Notes: generated from the letters alone by a model not told the origin. A stretch of DNA of 64,000 nt from an uncultured Dehalococcoidia bacterium (GCA_964513735.1 CAZENU010000004.1:14064-78063); one strand, 5' to 3'; shown: positions 1 to 10,480, counted from the stretch's first letter. Program-made: numbers and translations.

Positions 1-407
1 TCGCCGACCCACTCGACCGCGGACCAGGCGTCGGAGACCAGTGCCGCGAAGGTCTCCCGCGACACCGGCGTCAGCCCGACGCGAATCCGCTCTGTCGGGT
101 TGTGCAGGCTCGGCGACGTGTACAGGCCGGTAGTGTGGCCGGCCGCCGTCAGCGCCGAGGCGACCAGCGCGGCGGTGCTGCCCTTTCCGTTGGTGCCGGC
201 TATGTGGACTGTCGGGACACCGATGTGCGGGTCGCCCAGACGCCGCATGAGGAGGCCCATGCGTTGGAGGTGGAACTCGGAGTGGCCCGGCGTGCGGGTG
301 GAGCGCTCGAAGTCGACCAGGCTGGACGCCTGCGCCAGTGCCTCGTCGTAATCGTAGCCGGACGACGTCGCGGTCTCGGAAACCCCGGCGCCTGTGGTTT
401 CATTCAT
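1..407 (-). CDS. folC: Folylpolyglutamate synthase/dihydrofolate synthase, N-terminal part (gene runs off window start)
   Basis: The minus-strand frame starting at ATG 407 is absent from the ORF track because it has no stop in the window. It reads MNETTGAGV...VHIAGTNGKGSTAALVASAL...LYTSPSLHN, with the Mur-ligase P-loop GTNGKGS typical of FolC. Confidence 0.8.
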   Translation of the reverse strand, partial: MNETTGAGVSETATSSGYDYDEALAQASSLVDFERSTRTPGHSEFHLQRMGLLMRRLGDPHIGVPTVHIAGTNGKGSTAALVASALTAAGHTTGLYTSPSLHNPTERIRVGLTPVSRETFAALVSDAWSAVEWVG

Positions 408-435
408 CGGTCACACGGGAGGCATTGGGTCATCG

Positions 436-1392
436 CTAGTGGTCCCGGAGATGGGCCGGCATGAACCCGAGGTTGATCCGCAGGGCGTCGCGCAGGCCGA
501 TTTCTCGCAGGTAGTCCAGATTGCCGGACAGTGGACGGGGTGTGAAGCCGAAGCTCTCCTTGACGGAGCTCAGCTCCGTGACGTTGTCCAACGCGATCAT
601 CTTGAGTTGCTCCGTCGTTACCGGCGGCCTGGGGGCCAGAGCCTGGATCACCGCGGCGGCCGGTCGCATAAGCCACAACGGTATGTGCGCCTTGGCGATC
701 CGGACGCCCAGCGTTTCGGCGACCAGGTCCATCAGCTCGTCGTAGGTGTACTGCGACGGCCCGCCCGCCTCGATGGTGCGCCCGATCGTATCGTCCCTTT
801 GTAGCGCTTCGACCAGGCATCTGGCGGCATCGTCGGCCGCGATGGGCTGGAAACGGTTGGCGCCCTTCCCCGCCACCGGTACCAGGGGGAAGAGCTTGGC
901 CTGTGCCGCGAGCACCGTGAAGAACTCGTCGCCCTCGCCGAAGCCCACCGAGAAGCGCACGATAGTGTAGGGGATGCCGCTATCGGTGGTCTCCCGCTCA
1001 GCCATCCAGCGCGAGCTGAGGTACGGAACGGCAGGGTCGGAGCTCGCTCCGATGGTGCTCGCGTACACGAAGCGCTCGACTCCGGCATCCGACGCCGCCC
1101 GCAGCAGGTTCCTGGTGCCCGCGAAGTTCACCCGCCGGAACGTATTGCGCCCGCTCTCGCGCACCACGGCAACCAGGTGTATTACGGTGCCGGTTCCCCC
1201 GCAGGCAAGGGCCAGCGACTCCGAGTCGAGGACGTCGCCTTGCACGGTCTCGACGCCGTCGGGGAGGACTCCCTCCATCGCGTGGGTGTGTACCAGGGCG
1301 CGCACCGGGTGGGCAGAGGCGGCCAGGGCCGCGACGACGCGCCGCCCGATATAGCCGGTAGCGCCGGTTACCAGGATCATCTTGCCGGGCAT
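436..1392 (-). CDS. NAD(P)H-binding NmrA/NDUFA9-like epimerase-family protein
   Basis: ORF 436..1803 trimmed to the internal ATG at 1392. The product starts MPGKMILVTGATGYIGRRVV (Rossmann GxxGxxG), and the rest resembles complex I NDUFA9-like/NmrA proteins. The upstream 137 codons look non-coding. Confidence 0.8.
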   Translation of the reverse strand: MPGKMILVTGATGYIGRRVVAALAASAHPVRALVHTHAMEGVLPDGVETVQGDVLDSESLALACGGTGTVIHLVAVVRESGRNTFRRVNFAGTRNLLRAASDAGVERFVYASTIGASSDPAVPYLSSRWMAERETTDSGIPYTIVRFSVGFGEGDEFFTVLAAQAKLFPLVPVAGKGANRFQPIAADDAARCLVEALQRDDTIGRTIEAGGPSQYTYDELMDLVAETLGVRIAKAHIPLWLMRPAAAVIQALAPRPPVTTEQLKMIALDNVTELSSVKESFGFTPRPLSGNLDYLREIGLRDALRINLGFMPAHLRDH

Positions 1393-1563
1393 AGCCGAGC
1401 AGCGCCAGGCGAGTGGTGCATGAAAGTCAGGGTAGTCACGCCACCATGATACAGCCTGGCGCGCTGGGTCTGCGACGCGTGGCCGGTCTTGACAGCTGGA
1501 AAGCGACACCAGTAACCTCACCGACGGGCCGCCGGTAAGGCAGGCTATGAGGGCAGTCAGAGA

Positions 1564-1770
1564 ATGACAGACGAGCAGCCAGCCACGGACGCGCTGGAGG
1601 CGCCGGCGGAGGAGATCGTCGTGTCCCTGCGGCGCAGGGCGGCCGAGCTGTGGGGCCCCGAGCGGGCCGGCCAGCTCAGCCATGTGTTCGACGACGTGGC
1701 CCGCGACATCCGGACCGTCTCCAAGGTGCAGCTCTCCGACGTCGACGAGCCCGCCTTCTACCCTCACTAG
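1564..1770 (+). CDS. Small hypothetical protein (68 aa)
   Basis: High third-position GC is consistent with coding, and the protein is acidic. A loose resemblance to DUF4089/AtzG-like small proteins is from memory only. Confidence 0.4.
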   Translation: MTDEQPATDALEAPAEEIVVSLRRRAAELWGPERAGQLSHVFDDVARDIRTVSKVQLSDVDEPAFYPH

Positions 1771-1911
1771 ACTCCGGGGCCAAAGGCCCGAACTGTGGGC
1801 CAAAGAGGGCCCTCAACAGGCCTTGACAAGCTCCGGCCTTGCCGGGCTATGAATCCGGCCTCCGGGCCGAACATGCCGGGGCAGGCGTCGGCTTAAAGAA
1901 GAGTGAGTCTC

Positions 1912-3402
1912 ATGACGAGAAGGTCCAACCTCGTGTTCATCATGAGCGACCAGCAGCGCTATGACACGCTGGCCTGCTACGGCAACGACTGGATCCAGAC
2001 GCCCAACCTGAACACACTGGCATCTCAGGGCTTCGTGTTCGAGCACGCCTATGTCACCCAGCCGGTCTGCACCCCGGCCCGGGCTTCGATCATGACGGGG
2101 CTGTACCCGCACTCCGCCGGGCCGATCGTAAACAAGATGCACCTGCCTGCCGACGTCAAGACCATCGCCGAGATGGTCTCCCCGGACTACCTGCGTGGCT
2201 ACATGGGAAAGTGGCATCTGGGGAACGACGTGCTGCCGCAGCACGGTTTCGACGTCTGGGTCAGCACAGAGGACTCCCATCGCGAGAGCTACTCCAGCCG
2301 TCAGGCGCTGGACCGCCTGACGGACTACCACCGGCACCTGACAGCCAACGATTTCAATCCGGACAAAGAGGTGGCGGGCGTTACGGTCTTCTCAGGCGAC
2401 GCCCGTGGCAAGCTGCCAGAAGAGTTTCAGATGGCGTCGTACTTGGGAGACCAGGCCGCGGCCTTCATCAGGGAGAACGTCGACCGGCCCTTCATCCTCT
2501 ACGTCAACACCTTCGAGCCTCACTCGCCCTACTTCGGGCCGCTGATGGACGCCTACGACCCCGCTGAGCTGCCGGTCGGCCCGGCGTTCCTGAAGAGGCC
2601 CGAGGGTGCGTCGCTGCTCAATCGTCTGAGGGCCGACTACTTCCTGCAGTACCTGCTTGAGGGAGGCGACCAGACCGCAGACGAGTACATGCGCGAGTAT
2701 GTCGCCGTGGAGGAGGACGTCAGCACCGAGGAGGGATGGCGGCGCCTCCGCGCCCACTACTTCGCGAACATCAACCTGGTGGACGGCATGGTCGGCAAGA
2801 TCACGTCCGCCATTGACGACGCCGGACTGGCCGACGACACGGTGGTGGTCTTCACCAGCGATCACGGCGACATGCTCGGCGATCACGGCATGCTGGAGAA
2901 GCGGTCAATGTACGAGGAGTCGTCCAGGGTGCCGCTGCTGATGCGCGTGCCCTGGCTGGCCCGCGAGCAGACCGACATCGCCGGAAGCGCCGGCCACATC
3001 GACCTGGTACCGACGCTGCTTGACCTGCTGGGCGAGCCCGTGCCGGAGCACCTTCAGGGCAAGAGCCTTGTCCCCGCCCTTGCCGGCGATGACCCGCTGG
3101 AGGACAACGAGGTCTTCATCGAGTGGAACGGCACCCACCCGACCATGCCCGACCGGCACCTTGGCACGGCCGCCATTGACCGCATGATCACGCTGGCCTG
3201 GCGTACGGTGGTGTTGGGCCGGTGGAAGCTCAACCTCTGCGCCGGCGACCAGTGCGAGCTCTTCGACCTCCAGAGCGACCCGCACGAGACACACAATCTG
3301 TTCGACGATCCTGCCCAGCGAGACCGGGTTCGCGACATGGCGGCCCGTATCCGCGTGTGGCAGGGCGAGACAGGGGATGACGCGCCGCTGCCGGCGGTCT
3401 GA
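1912..3402 (+). CDS. Formylglycine-dependent sulfatase (arylsulfatase A family)
   Basis: NLVFIMSDQQRYD N-terminus and the CTPARASIMTG (C-x-P-x-R) sulfatase signature. The ATG at 1912 is preferred over the GTG at 1903. Confidence 0.9.
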   Translation: MTRRSNLVFIMSDQQRYDTLACYGNDWIQTPNLNTLASQGFVFEHAYVTQPVCTPARASIMTGLYPHSAGPIVNKMHLPADVKTIAEMVSPDYLRGYMGKWHLGNDVLPQHGFDVWVSTEDSHRESYSSRQALDRLTDYHRHLTANDFNPDKEVAGVTVFSGDARGKLPEEFQMASYLGDQAAAFIRENVDRPFILYVNTFEPHSPYFGPLMDAYDPAELPVGPAFLKRPEGASLLNRLRADYFLQYLLEGGDQTADEYMREYVAVEEDVSTEEGWRRLRAHYFANINLVDGMVGKITSAIDDAGLADDTVVVFTSDHGDMLGDHGMLEKRSMYEESSRVPLLMRVPWLAREQTDIAGSAGHIDLVPTLLDLLGEPVPEHLQGKSLVPALAGDDPLEDNEVFIEWNGTHPTMPDRHLGTAAIDRMITLAWRTVVLGRWKLNLCAGDQCELFDLQSDPHETHNLFDDPAQRDRVRDMAARIRVWQGETGDDAPLPAV

Positions 3403-3412
3403 AGGGGTGGCC

Positions 3413-4177
3413 ATGACTAACATCGACGTCCTGACCTACGGCTTCTCGCTGGTGTCCGACCAGGGCGCCTTCGGCTTCTCCACGATCTCGCTGCTGACGG
3501 TGGGAGAGCAGCGAATCCTGATCGACACCGGCCCGTCGTCGCGTCGCACAATGCTCTACAAGGCGCTGGAGGGACGCGGTCTTGCCCCCGAGGACATCGA
3601 CCTCGTTGTACTGACCCACCTGCACTGGGACCACTGTCAAAACGCCGACCTCTTCCCCGATGCCAGGGTGCTGGTGCACCCTAAGGAGATCGACTACGCC
3701 AGGAACCCCCGCCGGGGCGACCATCAGATCGCGACCTACTTCTCGGACATGCTCGCCAAGCTCAGGGTCGTGCCCATATCGGAGGGAGACCGTATCGCGG
3801 AGGGCGTATCCGTTATAGACACGCCGGGCCACACCAAGGGTCATGTCAGCGTGGTGGTGTCGGTGGACGGCAAGGACGTGCTGGTCACCGGCGACGCGCT
3901 GCCCGACGGCGGGACGGTCCGGCGCGGCCTGCCGTACAACGTGTTCTGGGACGTGGGCGACGCGGCAGACAGCGTCGAGAAGATGGTCGCGTCGGCCGAG
4001 GTCTTCTACCCGGGCCACGACAGGCCGTTCACGCTGGATGGCGGCCGGATCGGCTACCTGGAGGGCCCGATCGGGATGGAGGTGACGGGCTACGTCGACG
4101 GAGGCGCTCCGGCGTCTATGACCTACACGGTGCACCCTATGCGCGAGCCCAACATCGACCCGGTCCAGAAGGGATAA
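3413..4177 (+). CDS. MBL-fold metallo-hydrolase
   Basis: THLHWDHCQN (HxHxDH) motif with later GHTKGH and GD motifs. Start is taken at MTNIDVL, just after the sulfatase stop. Confidence 0.8.
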   Translation: MTNIDVLTYGFSLVSDQGAFGFSTISLLTVGEQRILIDTGPSSRRTMLYKALEGRGLAPEDIDLVVLTHLHWDHCQNADLFPDARVLVHPKEIDYARNPRRGDHQIATYFSDMLAKLRVVPISEGDRIAEGVSVIDTPGHTKGHVSVVVSVDGKDVLVTGDALPDGGTVRRGLPYNVFWDVGDAADSVEKMVASAEVFYPGHDRPFTLDGGRIGYLEGPIGMEVTGYVDGGAPASMTYTVHPMREPNIDPVQKG

Positions 4178-4314
4178 CCGGGCAAGGGACTCGTTACCAC
4201 TCAAATTCACGCCGTGAGAGTGTCACGGGCATGAAGACAGTGTCACCCCGAGGAGAGCCTCCTCTTCCCGTCGGGAAGGCTCAGGACACGGCTGACCTGC
4301 TACCGCGGTGGGCC

Positions 4315-4426
4315 CCTCGATACACCCCGATTCGGAATAGGGGCGATCGGGGCAATCGGAGCGGGTCTCCGCTTCGCCTGCAAACCACCCGTTCACCCCC
4401 AGTAGTCCCCGATGCGGCATCGGGAC
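4315..4426. repeat. Short REP-like repeats in the MBL-rph spacer
   Basis: 4315..4343 cctcgatacaccccgattcggaatagggg is about 80% identical to 6703..6731. 4405..4426 gtccccgatgcggcatcgggac is a near-perfect hairpin whose core recurs at 6714..6731. Confidence 0.6.
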
Positions 4427-4502
4427 GTAACGAGGAGCTAGCGCGCCGCCGGTGCACGGACGTTCGGGGCTGCCCGGGCGGGTCAGGCCTTAAGTACAGG
4501 CC

Positions 4503-5213
4503 TCAACCGCGGCTGATGGCCTCTTGCTGCGCTTCGAACAGGCGGAAGATTCCCAGCTCGCCCAGGGCGATGATATTGTCGAGCTCGCTCTTGGAGAAGG
4601 CGCCGGACTCGGCCGTGCCCTGCATCTCGATGAACTCACCCCCGTCGGTCATGACGAGGTTGAAGTCGACGCCGGCGCCGGAGTCTTCTTCGTAGTCCAG
4701 GTCCAGCAGGACCCGGCCGCTCACGAGGCCGACGCTCGTCGCTGCGACCGCTCGCTGCACTGGATTGGACCGCAGCTCGCGCCGCTTCATCAGCGTGGTG
4801 ACCGCGAGCTGAAGCGCCACGTAGCCGCCAGTGATGGCCGCGGTGCGGGTGCCGCCGTCCGCCTGCAGCACGTCGCAGTCGACCGTCAAGGTGCGTTCGT
4901 CCAGCCGTTTCAGGTCCACCGCCGCCCTCAGCGACCGGCCGATCAAACGCTGGATCTCCTGGGTGCGGCCGCGGCCCCGGGTCTCCCTTGGAGTGCGAGT
5001 GTTCGTGGAGCGAGGCAGCATCGAATACTCGGCTGTCAGCCAACCCTGTCCGGCACCACTGAGGAACGGCGGCACCCCGTCCTCGACGCTGACCGAGCAG
5101 AGCACACGGGTGCGTCCGGTCTCTATGATCACCGAGCCCTCGGCGAACTCCTGGGCGCCGGTAGTGATCTTGACCGGCCTGAGCTCGTCCGGCTTTCGGC
5201 CATTTGCCCGCAT
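4503..5213 (-). CDS. rph: Ribonuclease PH
   Basis: [19 protein letters not shown]...[16 protein letters not shown]...; full-length (236 aa) match to the RNase PH family. Confidence 0.93.
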   Translation of the reverse strand: MRANGRKPDELRPVKITTGAQEFAEGSVIIETGRTRVLCSVSVEDGVPPFLSGAGQGWLTAEYSMLPRSTNTRTPRETRGRGRTQEIQRLIGRSLRAAVDLKRLDERTLTVDCDVLQADGGTRTAAITGGYVALQLAVTTLMKRRELRSNPVQRAVAATSVGLVSGRVLLDLDYEEDSGAGVDFNLVMTDGGEFIEMQGTAESGAFSKSELDNIIALGELGIFRLFEAQQEAISRG

Positions 5214-5238
5214 AGGTAGGTCCTCCGTAGTCTGAAAG

Positions 5239-5871
5239 CTAACCGGTGTCCAGCATGATCTCGAGGAGACCCCGTAGCATCTGTTCGCTCATGGCCCCGA
5301 CGAACTTCCTCAGGGGCCTGCCGTTCCGGTCGAGAAACAATGTCGCCGGCAGTGGGAAGACGCCGTCGGGTTCCATCAAACCGAACTCCACGGCGAGGCG
5401 TCCGCTCTCGTCCAAGGCGAGCGCATAGGTCACGCCGATCCTTTCGGCGAAGGCTCGGGCGGCCAGCTCGACGTCCTGGGAGTCGATTCCCAGAAAGGTC
5501 ACGCCGCGGTCGCGGTAGTCGTTCGATACGCGCTCGAAGGCGGGCATCTCGGTGATGCAGGGCCTGCACCAGGACGCCCAGAAGTTCATCACGACCACCT
5601 GGCCTCGCAGGTCGGAGAGGCGCAGCGTCTCGCCGTTGAACAGCGTCAGCGGCACGTCGCGGATCGGCACGCGTGGCCGGAGTTGGACCCGTGGGACCGC
5701 CGTGGCGGTCGGCGTCGGCGTCCGGGTGGCGGTAGGAGTCGGTGGAGGCTGCGCCGCGGCCACCGTGGGTGTCGCGCTGAGCTCGGTGGACGCGGCCGCG
5801 TCCCACGCGGAGCACGCGACGAGCAGGGCTGCGGAGGACGCTGCGAGCATTGTCAGGGCACCGTGTTGCAA
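5239..5871 (-). CDS. TlpA-family thiol:disulfide oxidoreductase, probable lipoprotein
   Basis: FWASWCRPC (CxxC) thioredoxin fold, an LLVAC lipobox-like signal and a Pro/Thr-rich linker. The start is either TTG 5871 or ATG 5850. Confidence 0.8.
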   Translation of the reverse strand: MQHGALTMLAASSAALLVACSAWDAAASTELSATPTVAAAQPPPTPTATRTPTPTATAVPRVQLRPRVPIRDVPLTLFNGETLRLSDLRGQVVVMNFWASWCRPCITEMPAFERVSNDYRDRGVTFLGIDSQDVELAARAFAERIGVTYALALDESGRLAVEFGLMEPDGVFPLPATLFLDRNGRPLRKFVGAMSEQMLRGLLEIMLDTG

Positions 5872-6243
5872 GTTCCGCCGTCTCGGCTCTGCGGTCTTGC
5901 GGCGAATGGTAACACGGCGCTACGGAGCGGCCGCCCCCGTCTTAAGGCCGTGAGCGTCGTGTGGACGTCGACCGGTACCACGCTCTTCGGTACAGCATCT
6001 AGTCCGATGGGGCTAGACATCGGGCCGGAACGGGCTAGTCCCATCTCGTCCCTGAAATCACTCTTTCTGATGATGTCCATACAGGCGGGAGGGGGGAAGA
6101 TAGCGCAGAGCCTCAGACAGTGGCTCAAGGCATCCTAGACCGGGGCCGTAGGGCGACATGATGACGATTGGGACACGTGAGCCGTACGAGGTGATGAAGA
6201 ACCACCTGGGTGTGCTCCGGCAGTATGCCGAGCAGGTAGTCGT

Positions 6244-6615
6244 CTACAGATAGCCGCTGACCCCGGCCAGCAGGAACGACACTCTGCCGTACACGATCCG
6301 CAGCACCACCGACGCGTTGTTGACGTCGGAATCGGAGCCCATGATCAACGTCGTGGGTGGGCCGAGCACCTGGATCAAAACCCCGTCGTCGGCGCCTCCC
6401 GCGGCCTCGATCGCGTTGAGCAGACGGGCACCAGCGCCGATGGTGTAGACTCCCGGCTCACTCACGGCCCCGGTGACGTACACCTGCACGTCGTCGGGTG
6501 CAGGGGTGGGGAGGATGATCTCGGTGCCGCCCGAGGGTATCGAGGCGCGGACGAGGAAGAAGAGGCCGCCGGCTACGATAGCTACTACGAAAACGGCCTG
6601 CGATGCGAGCTTCAT
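6244..6615 (-). pseudogene. comEA-like N-terminus fused to a comEC MBL-domain fragment (competence locus remnant)
   Basis: Residues 1-75 carry a TM helix and the SLBB motif VYVTGAVSEPGVYTIGAGARLLNAIEAAGG (ComEA). The tail IQVLGPP...SDSDVNNASVVLRIVYGRVSFLLAG matches the ComEC/Rec2 metallo-beta-lactamase core (..NNxSLVLRxxYGxxSFLLTGD) and then stops. Confidence 0.5.
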
Positions 6616-6702
6616 AGGCCAAGCATGTGGCGGCTCGGGATGGCGGCAATATAGTCGCCGGTGAAGGCCGTGCCAACCTGATGGCAGGCCCTAGACGTGC
6701 TC

Positions 6703-6731
6703 CCTTCGATACGCCCCGATGCGGCATTGGG
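6703..6731. repeat. REP-like repeat copy
   Basis: ccttcgatacgccccgatgcggcattggg. It is similar to 4315..4343 and shares the ccccgatgcggcat(c/t)ggg hairpin core with 4405..4426. Confidence 0.6.
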
Positions 6732-6838
6732 CTACTCGGGGCGAACGGCTGACGGGCCCGTCTTGGGGCGAGATCGACGGGCCTAACCTGGGGCCGCTAG
6801 GGGTCGAAAACGGATGGTCGGACCAGGGCCGATTTCCC

Positions 6839-6868
6839 TTGACTCGGGGCCGACGCGACTACTATACT
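6839..6868 (+). promoter_or_regulatory. Candidate sigma-70-type promoter of the IMPDH-family gene
   Basis: TTGACT (6839-6844), an 18-nt spacer, then TATACT (6863-6868), about 28 nt upstream of ATG 6896. Confidence 0.45.
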
Positions 6869-6895
6869 TCTCGGAATATGTCGCGGGGGTGTTAG

Positions 6896-8035
6896 ATGGG
6901 GACAGCCCACGTACCGGAGCTGCGTAGGGCGTACGGATTCGACGACGTCGCCATCGCCCCCGGCGAGTTCACCGTCAATCCTGACCAGACCAGCATCGAC
7001 TTTTCGGTCGATGGTATTGACCTGACGGCCCCCGTCCTTGCTTCCGCCGTCGACGCAGTCGTGTCCCCATCCTTCGCCAAGGAGATGGACCGCCTGGGAG
7101 GCGTGGCGGTCATGAACCTCGAAGGGATCCAGACCCGGTATGAGGATCCCGAGGAAGCGATGAACGAGATCATCGAGGCGCCCCGTGACGAGGTCATAGA
7201 GACCCTCCAGCGAGTCTACGCCTCCCCAGTCAGGGAGGACCTGATGGGCGCGCGAATAGAAGAGATGAAGTCGGGCGGCGCCAGGTGCGCCGTTTCCGTT
7301 ACCCCTGCAAGCACCAAGCGGTTGGCGCCCGCGGCGGTCAAGGCAGGCGCCGACGTCCTGGTGGTCCAGTCCACGGTAACCACGGCCCGACACGTATCCA
7401 AGAGCGCCCGGGGGCTGGTGTTTCCCGAGTTGCTGGAGACGATAGACGTGCCGGTCATCGTCGGCAACTGCGTTGGCTACGACGCCGCGCTGGAGTTGAT
7501 GGAGACCGGAATCCACGCGGTGCTGGTCGGCGTCGGACCCGGCGCGATCTGCACGACGAGGGAAGTGACCGGCGTGGGCGTCCCACAGGTCACGTCAACT
7601 CTCGACTGCGCCGCGGCTCGGGACGAGCATTACAGGCGGAGCGGCCGTTACGTGCCGATCATCACCGACGGCGGCATCCGTACCGGCGGTGACCTGTGCA
7701 AGGCATTCGCCTCGGGTGCAGACGCCGTGATGCTGGGAACCCCCTTCGCCCAGGCCAGCGAGGCCCCGGGGCGTGGCTACAACTGGGGCATGGCCAGCCA
7801 CCACTCAGCGCTGCCCAGGGGGACCAGACTGGACGTGGGTGTATCCGGCACCCTGGAGCAGATACTCTTCGGCCCGACGTCCAAGACGGACGGGACGCAG
7901 AACATGCTGGGCGCGCTGCGGGTGTGCATGGGAATGGTCGGCGCCACGACCATTCGCGAGATGCACGCCGCCGAGGTGATAGTCGCGCCGGCGATGCGCA
8001 CCGAGGGCAAGCACTACCAGCTCGGCCTGAACTAG
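6896..8035 (+). CDS. IMP dehydrogenase-family protein without CBS domains (GuaB3-like)
   Basis: 379 aa. [16 protein letters not shown]-terminus, a [20 protein letters not shown] active-site loop region, and DGGIRTGGD. Confidence 0.85.
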   Translation: MGTAHVPELRRAYGFDDVAIAPGEFTVNPDQTSIDFSVDGIDLTAPVLASAVDAVVSPSFAKEMDRLGGVAVMNLEGIQTRYEDPEEAMNEIIEAPRDEVIETLQRVYASPVREDLMGARIEEMKSGGARCAVSVTPASTKRLAPAAVKAGADVLVVQSTVTTARHVSKSARGLVFPELLETIDVPVIVGNCVGYDAALELMETGIHAVLVGVGPGAICTTREVTGVGVPQVTSTLDCAAARDEHYRRSGRYVPIITDGGIRTGGDLCKAFASGADAVMLGTPFAQASEAPGRGYNWGMASHHSALPRGTRLDVGVSGTLEQILFGPTSKTDGTQNMLGALRVCMGMVGATTIREMHAAEVIVAPAMRTEGKHYQLGLN

Positions 8036-8060
8036 GCGGAACCGGTCCCGCGGCGGCGGG

Positions 8061-8456
8061 TCAGCGCTTGGAGCGACGGAGCACCAGTCGGCGCGTGGTT
8101 TTCCTCCACCAGGATATGTGGTCCTGTCTTGGTTTCCGGCGTCGCGGCCGGTTTCCCAGGACTTCCCTGAGCTCATTCTCGGTCTGCGCCAGTTGGCTTG
8201 CCACGCTGGTTAGCTGCAGCCTGAGCTGCCCGATCTCGCTGGCCGAGGCGTCCGGCTCTCCGTGGTCCCGGCCTTTCACCGCTGCAAGCTCCGCTGATGA
8301 GGGCTGGGTACCGGCGTCGGCGAGCCGGCCCGCAAGCTGCTCGACCTCTGCTTCGAGCCCGCCGGTCTTGGCCATTACGTGGCCGTACTGCTCCGGAAGC
8401 AGGGAGTACTCGGGCGACTCAGGTGTGGGTCTGTTTCCTCTTCCGCGCTGTGTCAA
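8061..8456 (-). CDS. Hypothetical coiled-coil protein with basic C-terminal tail
   Basis: Lies downstream of and co-oriented with etfA. It has heptad-like QL/EL-rich segments. No family recognised; the start is uncertain (ATG 8375 also possible). Confidence 0.35.
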   Translation of the reverse strand: MTQRGRGNRPTPESPEYSLLPEQYGHVMAKTGGLEAEVEQLAGRLADAGTQPSSAELAAVKGRDHGEPDASASEIGQLRLQLTSVASQLAQTENELREVLGNRPRRRKPRQDHISWWRKTTRRLVLRRSKR

Positions 8457-8493
8457 TCCAGCATTACTTCAGTCGGACTAGATCCTTCGGGCG

Positions 8494-9474
8494 TCAGTCG
8501 CCGGTCAGCTCTCTGGCGGCCTCGATGAACGAGGTCAGCACGGCTTTCCAGTCACCGACCACGCCGTACGCCGACTCCTTGAAGATGTTGGCCTCGGGAT
8601 CGCGGTTGATGGACACGATGCGCCGGGCGCCCGAGCAGCCTGCCATGTGCTGGCTCGCTCCCGACACCCCGATCGCGATGTAGAGATCGGGCGTGACCGT
8701 TCTGCCCGTGAGCCCGACCTGATAGCCATGGTCGATCCAACCCGCGTCGCACGCGGCCCTTGATGCCCCGACGGCGCCGCCCAGGATCGCAGCCAACTCA
8801 CGTAGCTGCTCGAAGGGCTCCGGGCCTCCGAGGCCGCGGCCCCCGGAGACGACGACGGACGCGTCCTCGAGCCGGAGGCCCTCGGTCTCGGCCACCACGG
8901 TCTCGACGTGCCTCGTCCTGATCACGCCCGGGACCAACCCCGGGCGCACCTCGACGGTCTCGCCGGTCCGGTCCGGGTCGGCTTCCAGGGCTTCGTATGC
9001 GGCAGCCCTGAGCATCACCACCTGCGGTTCAGCCTTCGCGAAGGTGACGGTCGCAACCGCGTTGCCGCCGTAGACAGGCCTGCGCGCCACAATGCGGTCG
9101 GTGTCCTCGTCGCGCGCCACGGCGATGCAGTCCTGTGCTGCCCCGACGCCGAGCCTGAAGGCGACTCGCGGCCCCACGTCGCGGCCGGTCGGCGTCACTC
9201 CCACCAGTACCACCGAGGGCGACTCCTGTCTGCACAGGTGCTCGAATGCGGCGACGACGGCGTCTGCCGGGACTCCGTCCAGTAGCGGGTCGGTGACCAG
9301 GTATACGCGGTCTGCGCCCAGAGCGATGGCCTGGGCACCCGCACCTGACCGCGAGGCGCCAATCAGCGCCACGCCGACCTCGCCTCCAAGCTCTCTGGCC
9401 GCGCCCAGCAGCTCGCCGGTGACGGAATCGAGCCCGTCACCCGCAGTTTCCCCCAGCACGATAACGTCTACCAT
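8494..9474 (-). CDS. etfA: Electron transfer flavoprotein subunit alpha
   Basis: 326 aa with C-terminal FAD-binding signature PDLYIAIGVSGASQHMAG. Confidence 0.9.
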   Translation of the reverse strand: MVDVIVLGETAGDGLDSVTGELLGAARELGGEVGVALIGASRSGAGAQAIALGADRVYLVTDPLLDGVPADAVVAAFEHLCRQESPSVVLVGVTPTGRDVGPRVAFRLGVGAAQDCIAVARDEDTDRIVARRPVYGGNAVATVTFAKAEPQVVMLRAAAYEALEADPDRTGETVEVRPGLVPGVIRTRHVETVVAETEGLRLEDASVVVSGGRGLGGPEPFEQLRELAAILGGAVGASRAACDAGWIDHGYQVGLTGRTVTPDLYIAIGVSGASQHMAGCSGARRIVSINRDPEANIFKESAYGVVGDWKAVLTSFIEAARELTGD

Positions 9475-9535
9475 TCCACGGCCCCGCCGATACAGCTATT
9501 AGCCCCGGACCCTGGATCCCAAACCCCAGACCCCG

Positions 9536-10321
9536 TCATATCAGCCCCTCTTCACGCAGCTTCAGGGCGAGCAACCGGCCCGAGGCTGCGTCGTCTTCGC
9601 CCTCTATGAACTGGCACTCACGGTTGACCGTTGGGACCTCCAGGCCGGTCACCCGCACCCTGGGCCTCAGGTTGTCGGGCTCGAGCTCCAGGTCGCCGGC
9701 GGACCATACAGTGGGGGTATTCCGGCCGGCGGTCATGATGCCGCGCAGGGTGGCATATCTCGGCTCGCCCAGCTCGTTGCTCACGGTGACCAGGGCCGGG
9801 AGGCCGGCCTCGACCACTTCGTAGCCGTCAGACAGTGCCCGATGGACGACTACGCCGTCGTCGACGACCTCGATCTTCTGGGCGATTGTGATGCAAGGCA
9901 GCTCCAGCATCTCGGCCAGGCCCAGCGGGACCTGCGCATTGTCCCAGTCCGAAGCCTGGCGTCCGCAGAGGACCAGCTCGACGCCGCCCAGCTTCGAGAT
10001 GGCCCGGGAGAGCACGTAGGCGGTGCCAAAGGAGTCGAGGTCCGCGACCGTTTCGTCCTGCACGAGGACGAGCTCGTCGGCGCCCATGGAGAGCGGCTTC
10101 TTCATCACGTCGCTCTCGAACGCACCGCCGACGGACAGCACGGTGATACTGCCTCCCTCGGCGTCCTTGATGCGCAGCGCCGCCTCGACCGCGTTCTCAT
10201 CAAAGCCGTTGATGACTGGCGGAATCCCCGGGGCGTCGGAGGGGCGATTGGTCTCGGGGTTTACCCGGAAAGCTGAAGCCGGGATCTCGGGGTCAAGTAC
10301 CTGCTTTACGCAGACGGCCAT
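9536..10321 (-). CDS. etfB: Electron transfer flavoprotein subunit beta
   Basis: ORF trimmed to ATG 10321. MAVCVKQVLDPE... is the typical EtfB N-terminus, and it lies immediately upstream of etfA. Confidence 0.9.
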   Translation of the reverse strand: MAVCVKQVLDPEIPASAFRVNPETNRPSDAPGIPPVINGFDENAVEAALRIKDAEGGSITVLSVGGAFESDVMKKPLSMGADELVLVQDETVADLDSFGTAYVLSRAISKLGGVELVLCGRQASDWDNAQVPLGLAEMLELPCITIAQKIEVVDDGVVVHRALSDGYEVVEAGLPALVTVSNELGEPRYATLRGIMTAGRNTPTVWSAGDLELEPDNLRPRVRVTGLEVPTVNRECQFIEGEDDAASGRLLALKLREEGLI

Positions 10322-10480
10322 CTTGACGGCCAAAGTTACCTCCTGCCAGTTGGTGCGAAAGCCTAACATCGCGATTCGATTTTGCCAAGAGTTCTTGCCA
10401 CGAATTGGGAGTGTCGCGGGCCGCATGCCGCGCCGCCCGCCGGAGCGCGCGCAACTTGTACTAATAGGCACCAGTGCCCG

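Noticed and set aside
6159-6251. Small plus-strand ORF MMTIGTREPYEVMKNHLGVLRQYAEQVVVYR downstream of the com remnant.
   Set aside because: It has no RBS and no family resemblance, and it lies in a region best explained as decayed comEC sequence.
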